Shown here: piece by piece, positions 60,985-64,000 of the stretch
How positions within the stretch are numbered: the stretch's first letter is position 1
Layout of the letters: every line of letters starts with the position of its first letter
From: Neodothiora populina
Taxonomy: Eukaryota
NCBI RefSeq assembly: GCF_041146345.1
Contig: NW_027191417.1
Location: 1,302,001-1,366,000 of the forward strand
Length of the DNA stretch: 64,000 bases
Reading direction: 5' to 3'
Notes under the pieces: generated by a model
Seen by the model: the letters and a program-made list of their open reading frames with translations, nothing else
Database searches by the model: none
Told to the model about the DNA's origin: nothing
Position numbers and translations under genes: made by a program

Positions 60985-62045
60985 ATGGTTCTCCACAACC
61001 CAAACAACTGGCACTGGGTCAACAAGGACGTCACATCATGGACGAAAGAATATCTCGAAAAGGACCTCGTCGGCATCAAGGCGGAGAGGGACGGCGCCTC
61101 GGCCGAGATTTCCAAATTGCTCTCGCAGGAAGGCGATGCCGAGGTTGCCCAGCGCAAGGGCAAGGTCATCACCATCTTTGACCTGAAGCTGCAACTTGAA
61201 TACACAGGTGAGCAATCGTGCAAGAAGAAGCAAACAATCCTATCTTGCTGAACCCGCGCCCCCCGACAGGCAAGACCAAGGACGGCGAGGACGTCAGCGG
61301 CACCATCAACATCCCCGAAGTCGCCCACGACACAGACGAAGACGACTACGTCTTCGACATTGAAATCTACTCCGAGTCAGCGACCAAGACGCCCGTCAAG
61401 GACCTCGTCAAGGCAGAAATCACCCCTCAGCTGCGCACGCACTTGCAGAAGATCGCTCCGGCACTCATGGACACCCACGCCAAAGACCTGCAACACGGCG
61501 CAGACCACCAAACAGCCTTCAAGCCCGCGACCGTCTACTCGAGCTCGTCGATCAACAGCGCCGCCAACGCAAAGGACGACGGCTCCGCCTCCTCATCCGC
61601 AGCGACCTCGACCACAGGCGCGAAAGCCATCAACGTGACCAGCCTAAGCGACCAGCAAGAATTCCGCTGCGACGCCGCAACGCTCTACTCAATCTTCACC
61701 GACGCGGGCCGAATCGCGGCCTTCACGCGCTCGCCGCCACGCGTCTTCGACGGCGCCCACCCAGGCGGCAAGTTCGAGCTGTTCGGCGGAAACGTCAGCG
61801 GCGAGTACACGGCGCTGTCGCCGCCGACGTCCATCGAGCAGAAGTGGAGACTCGCCCAGTGGCCTCGGGGCCATTACAGTACGCTGCGCTTGAAGTTCGA
61901 GCAGAATAATGTCGATGCTGTCACGATTATGCGTGCGGATTGGCAGGGGATCCCCGTTGGGCAGGAGGAGGCTAGTCAGAGGAATTGGGACGAGTACTAT
62001 GTCAGAAGTATCAAGTTGACGTTTGGTGTAGGCATCGTGCTCTAG
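60985..62045 (+). CDS. AHA1: Hsp90 co-chaperone Aha1; 2 exons (60985-61207, 61270-62045)
   Basis: Diagnostic NPNNWHWVNKD and QRKGKVITIFD; C-terminal AHSA1/START-like domain (FELFGGNVSG, QKWRLAQWP, NWDEYYVRSIK). Confidence 0.95.
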
Positions 62046-62326
62046 TTGGGTTCTTTTCCATCTGGGGCTTATATATAGAGAAGGAGAGTCGCGAGAATTC
62101 GATGCGGAAGAAAGAAAAGCAGAAGAGATAAATCCTACTACATTTACGGTTAGATACGATGAAGAAAAAAACACAAAACATCAGTAATCGAGGCACGTCA
62201 ATCGTGTGACACGTGCGCATGATAGAGAGCCATGAAATGAGAGCTCATCTAAAATTCTACAAAAGACATGACGGAACACAACACTAGATGGTCCTTCCAG
62301 ATGCAAGAAGTAAGGAACCCCATCTC

Positions 62327-63154
62327 TCACTCTGGCCCCTCGAACTTATAATCCTCGAAACGAACCCACCTCCCCCTCTCATACCGAAACAGACTCAATC
62401 CCTCAACGACCCCCTCACACCCCTCCCAACCACCCTTGATCTCCTCGAACCCCTTCTGCACAACACTCTCATCGTCCACTTTATTCATGACGGTATAATG
62501 CGCTCTGAACCCTCCCTTCGCCGCATCCTGAGGCGACAACATCTCCATCCACTCGGCTTGCAGCGTCTCGTGGATCTGCGCCGCTGGCTCCCCGCCTTTG
62601 GTCTTCGGCACTGCGATGGCTATGCCGTGCTTTCCTAGCATGAAAGGGCGGGACGCATTCAGAGGGAAAGGAGAGGTGGATCTCGCCACGGATTGCAGAG
62701 TCGGGATTATGTCTGATGACAGTGCGTCGCCTGGTAGCGCGTGGAACAGAGTCAGGTGGGCGTCGAGTTTGTTCAGGTGTGGTGGGAAGTACTTTTTTCG
62801 TAAGGACGTCATCGTGTCGTGGTGCGATTTTGAGGTAAGAAATGTGAGGACGTAGACAGTGGAGTCCTTTCTCGATGAGCCGTGGGTGTTGGTGCGTTGG
62901 GTCTCGGGGATGTAGTGATTGTTTGGCTCTTGTTGTTGTTGCTTGGGCCTGGTATACTTTGCTTGTCTTGAAATGGAGGGGCCGTTTGAGGCCTTGGTCG
63001 GGCCATCCTGGTTGTTACTCGGTTGCGGTTTTGAAGTAGTGGACTGTTTTGTGGTTGGTGGAATTGACTTGGAACTGTCGTTGTTGCTGGATGGGTTCGA
63101 CTGCGAGCCCGCGCCAGCAAACATGGATGCATAGGTACGCTTCGGTTCAGCCAT
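62327..63154 (-). CDS. 2H phosphoesterase (2'-5' RNA ligase-like superfamily) with disordered N-terminus, single exon
   Basis: Two HxT motifs (AHLTLFHALP, AHYTVMNKV) about 75 aa apart; LRKKYFPPHLN; C-terminal GLSLFRYERGRW. Confidence 0.82.
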   Translation of the reverse strand: MAEPKRTYASMFAGAGSQSNPSSNNDSSKSIPPTTKQSTTSKPQPSNNQDGPTKASNGPSISRQAKYTRPKQQQQEPNNHYIPETQRTNTHGSSRKDSTVYVLTFLTSKSHHDTMTSLRKKYFPPHLNKLDAHLTLFHALPGDALSSDIIPTLQSVARSTSPFPLNASRPFMLGKHGIAIAVPKTKGGEPAAQIHETLQAEWMEMLSPQDAAKGGFRAHYTVMNKVDDESVVQKGFEEIKGGWEGCEGVVEGLSLFRYERGRWVRFEDYKFEGPE

Positions 63155-63377
63155 GATGAAGAATTGAATTTGCCGGCAGGGTATCCTTCGAATATAGTTG
63201 CTATACAACATTGCGATAAGACAAACCCATCCTGTGCTCGTCGACGGTGGAGCACAAAATGTAAATTGTTAGTCAATGACGTAGCCATCATCTTGACTGC
63301 GTTAGTTGAAACATTTCCCGGGGAGCATTAACTCTGAACATGTCAAGCTACTGTAAAACAACCGCAGCCATTGCGAC

Positions 63378-64000
63378 TCAAGAGGCCCATTTGGCAGCGT
63401 TACTTGGTATCAATCGCTTCAGCGTTTCGATGTGCAAGTGGTGACTTTTGATCTTCAGATCCCTAATGTCTGCGCGAGACTTGGAAGTCGTATCTATACG
63501 TCTTGTGTTCTCGCCAAAGACGACTGTGTAGTCCGGGACTTCATCGTATATGTTACAGAGTGCAGATATCTTGCAGTGCTTTGATATGTTTTGTCAGTCT
63601 CAACAACAGCTGTAGTTGAACATCGATATCTTGAATTTGTGATTACCTTGCCGACAACTGCTCGTGGACCCAGTCTGGCATTGACCTCCACAACGCTACC
63701 AGCCCCTACGCGTGCTGCTTCCACAACAGCTCCGCTCTCGATACTGACATTGTCTTCGATGACAACGACTGAATTCTCAGAGGCGGCACTTTCGGTGCTT
63801 AGTCCAGTCGAGGTCCGCTCTGCTATGATGCAATGTTTTCCTATCCGCACAGGTGCAATGGTAGACGTGATCTTGGCAAATGGGTGTATCACACAGCCTT
63901 CATCGATGGTCACAGGATGGGATCCCGTTATGATTGCCTTGTCTGAGACTGTGGCAGATGGATGAATAGTGCATGGTGGTTTTGGAAGTGCTGCGGCAGT
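63378..64000 (-). CDS. Dynactin subunit 6 (p27)-like left-handed beta-helix protein, 5' end outside the window; intron 63646-63579
   Basis: Hexapeptide repeats (CTIHPSATVSDKAIITGSHPVTIDEGCVIHPFAKI...IGKHCIIAER...VGAGSVVEVNA); spliced tail HCKISALC...VPDYTVVFG...HIETLKRLIP. Confidence 0.78.

Overview
Gene-dense stretch of a filamentous ascomycete (Pezizomycotina) nuclear chromosome, judged from short GT-AG introns with CTRAY-type branch sites and fungal housekeeping proteins. I can reconstruct about 23 protein-coding loci: DUF676 lipase-like, REX3, a SET methyltransferase, a PrnX-like ornithine cyclodeaminase-family protein, a secreted histidine acid phosphatase, RPL8 (eL8/L7a), PSF3, BLM10/PA200, SIN-type Cdc14, a CFEM membrane protein, transketolase, NAD kinase, an Mhp1-like LRR protein, RPL5 (uL18), TFB1, KGD1, a PTS1-bearing CCP-like peroxidase, a DUF1992 protein, two uncharacterised low-complexity proteins, MRP10, AHA1, a 2H phosphoesterase and a partial dynactin p27. 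I found no transposon, rRNA, tRNA, CRISPR array or biosynthetic cluster, and no multi-gene novel system that I can support. The best leads are small-scale: (1) the NAD kinase stop is in the canonical readthrough context TGA-CTA-G and is followed by 37 open codons; (2) an unusually long SET-gene intron has hairpin-hinge-hairpin-ACA (H/ACA-like) architecture; (3) a ~730-codon frame is split by a single TAG; (4) the CFEM protein has sensor-like architecture; (5) an unknown protein is dense in CDK sites and carries a PP1-docking-like motif. All family calls come from motif recognition by eye and exon boundaries were read manually; no database searches were run.
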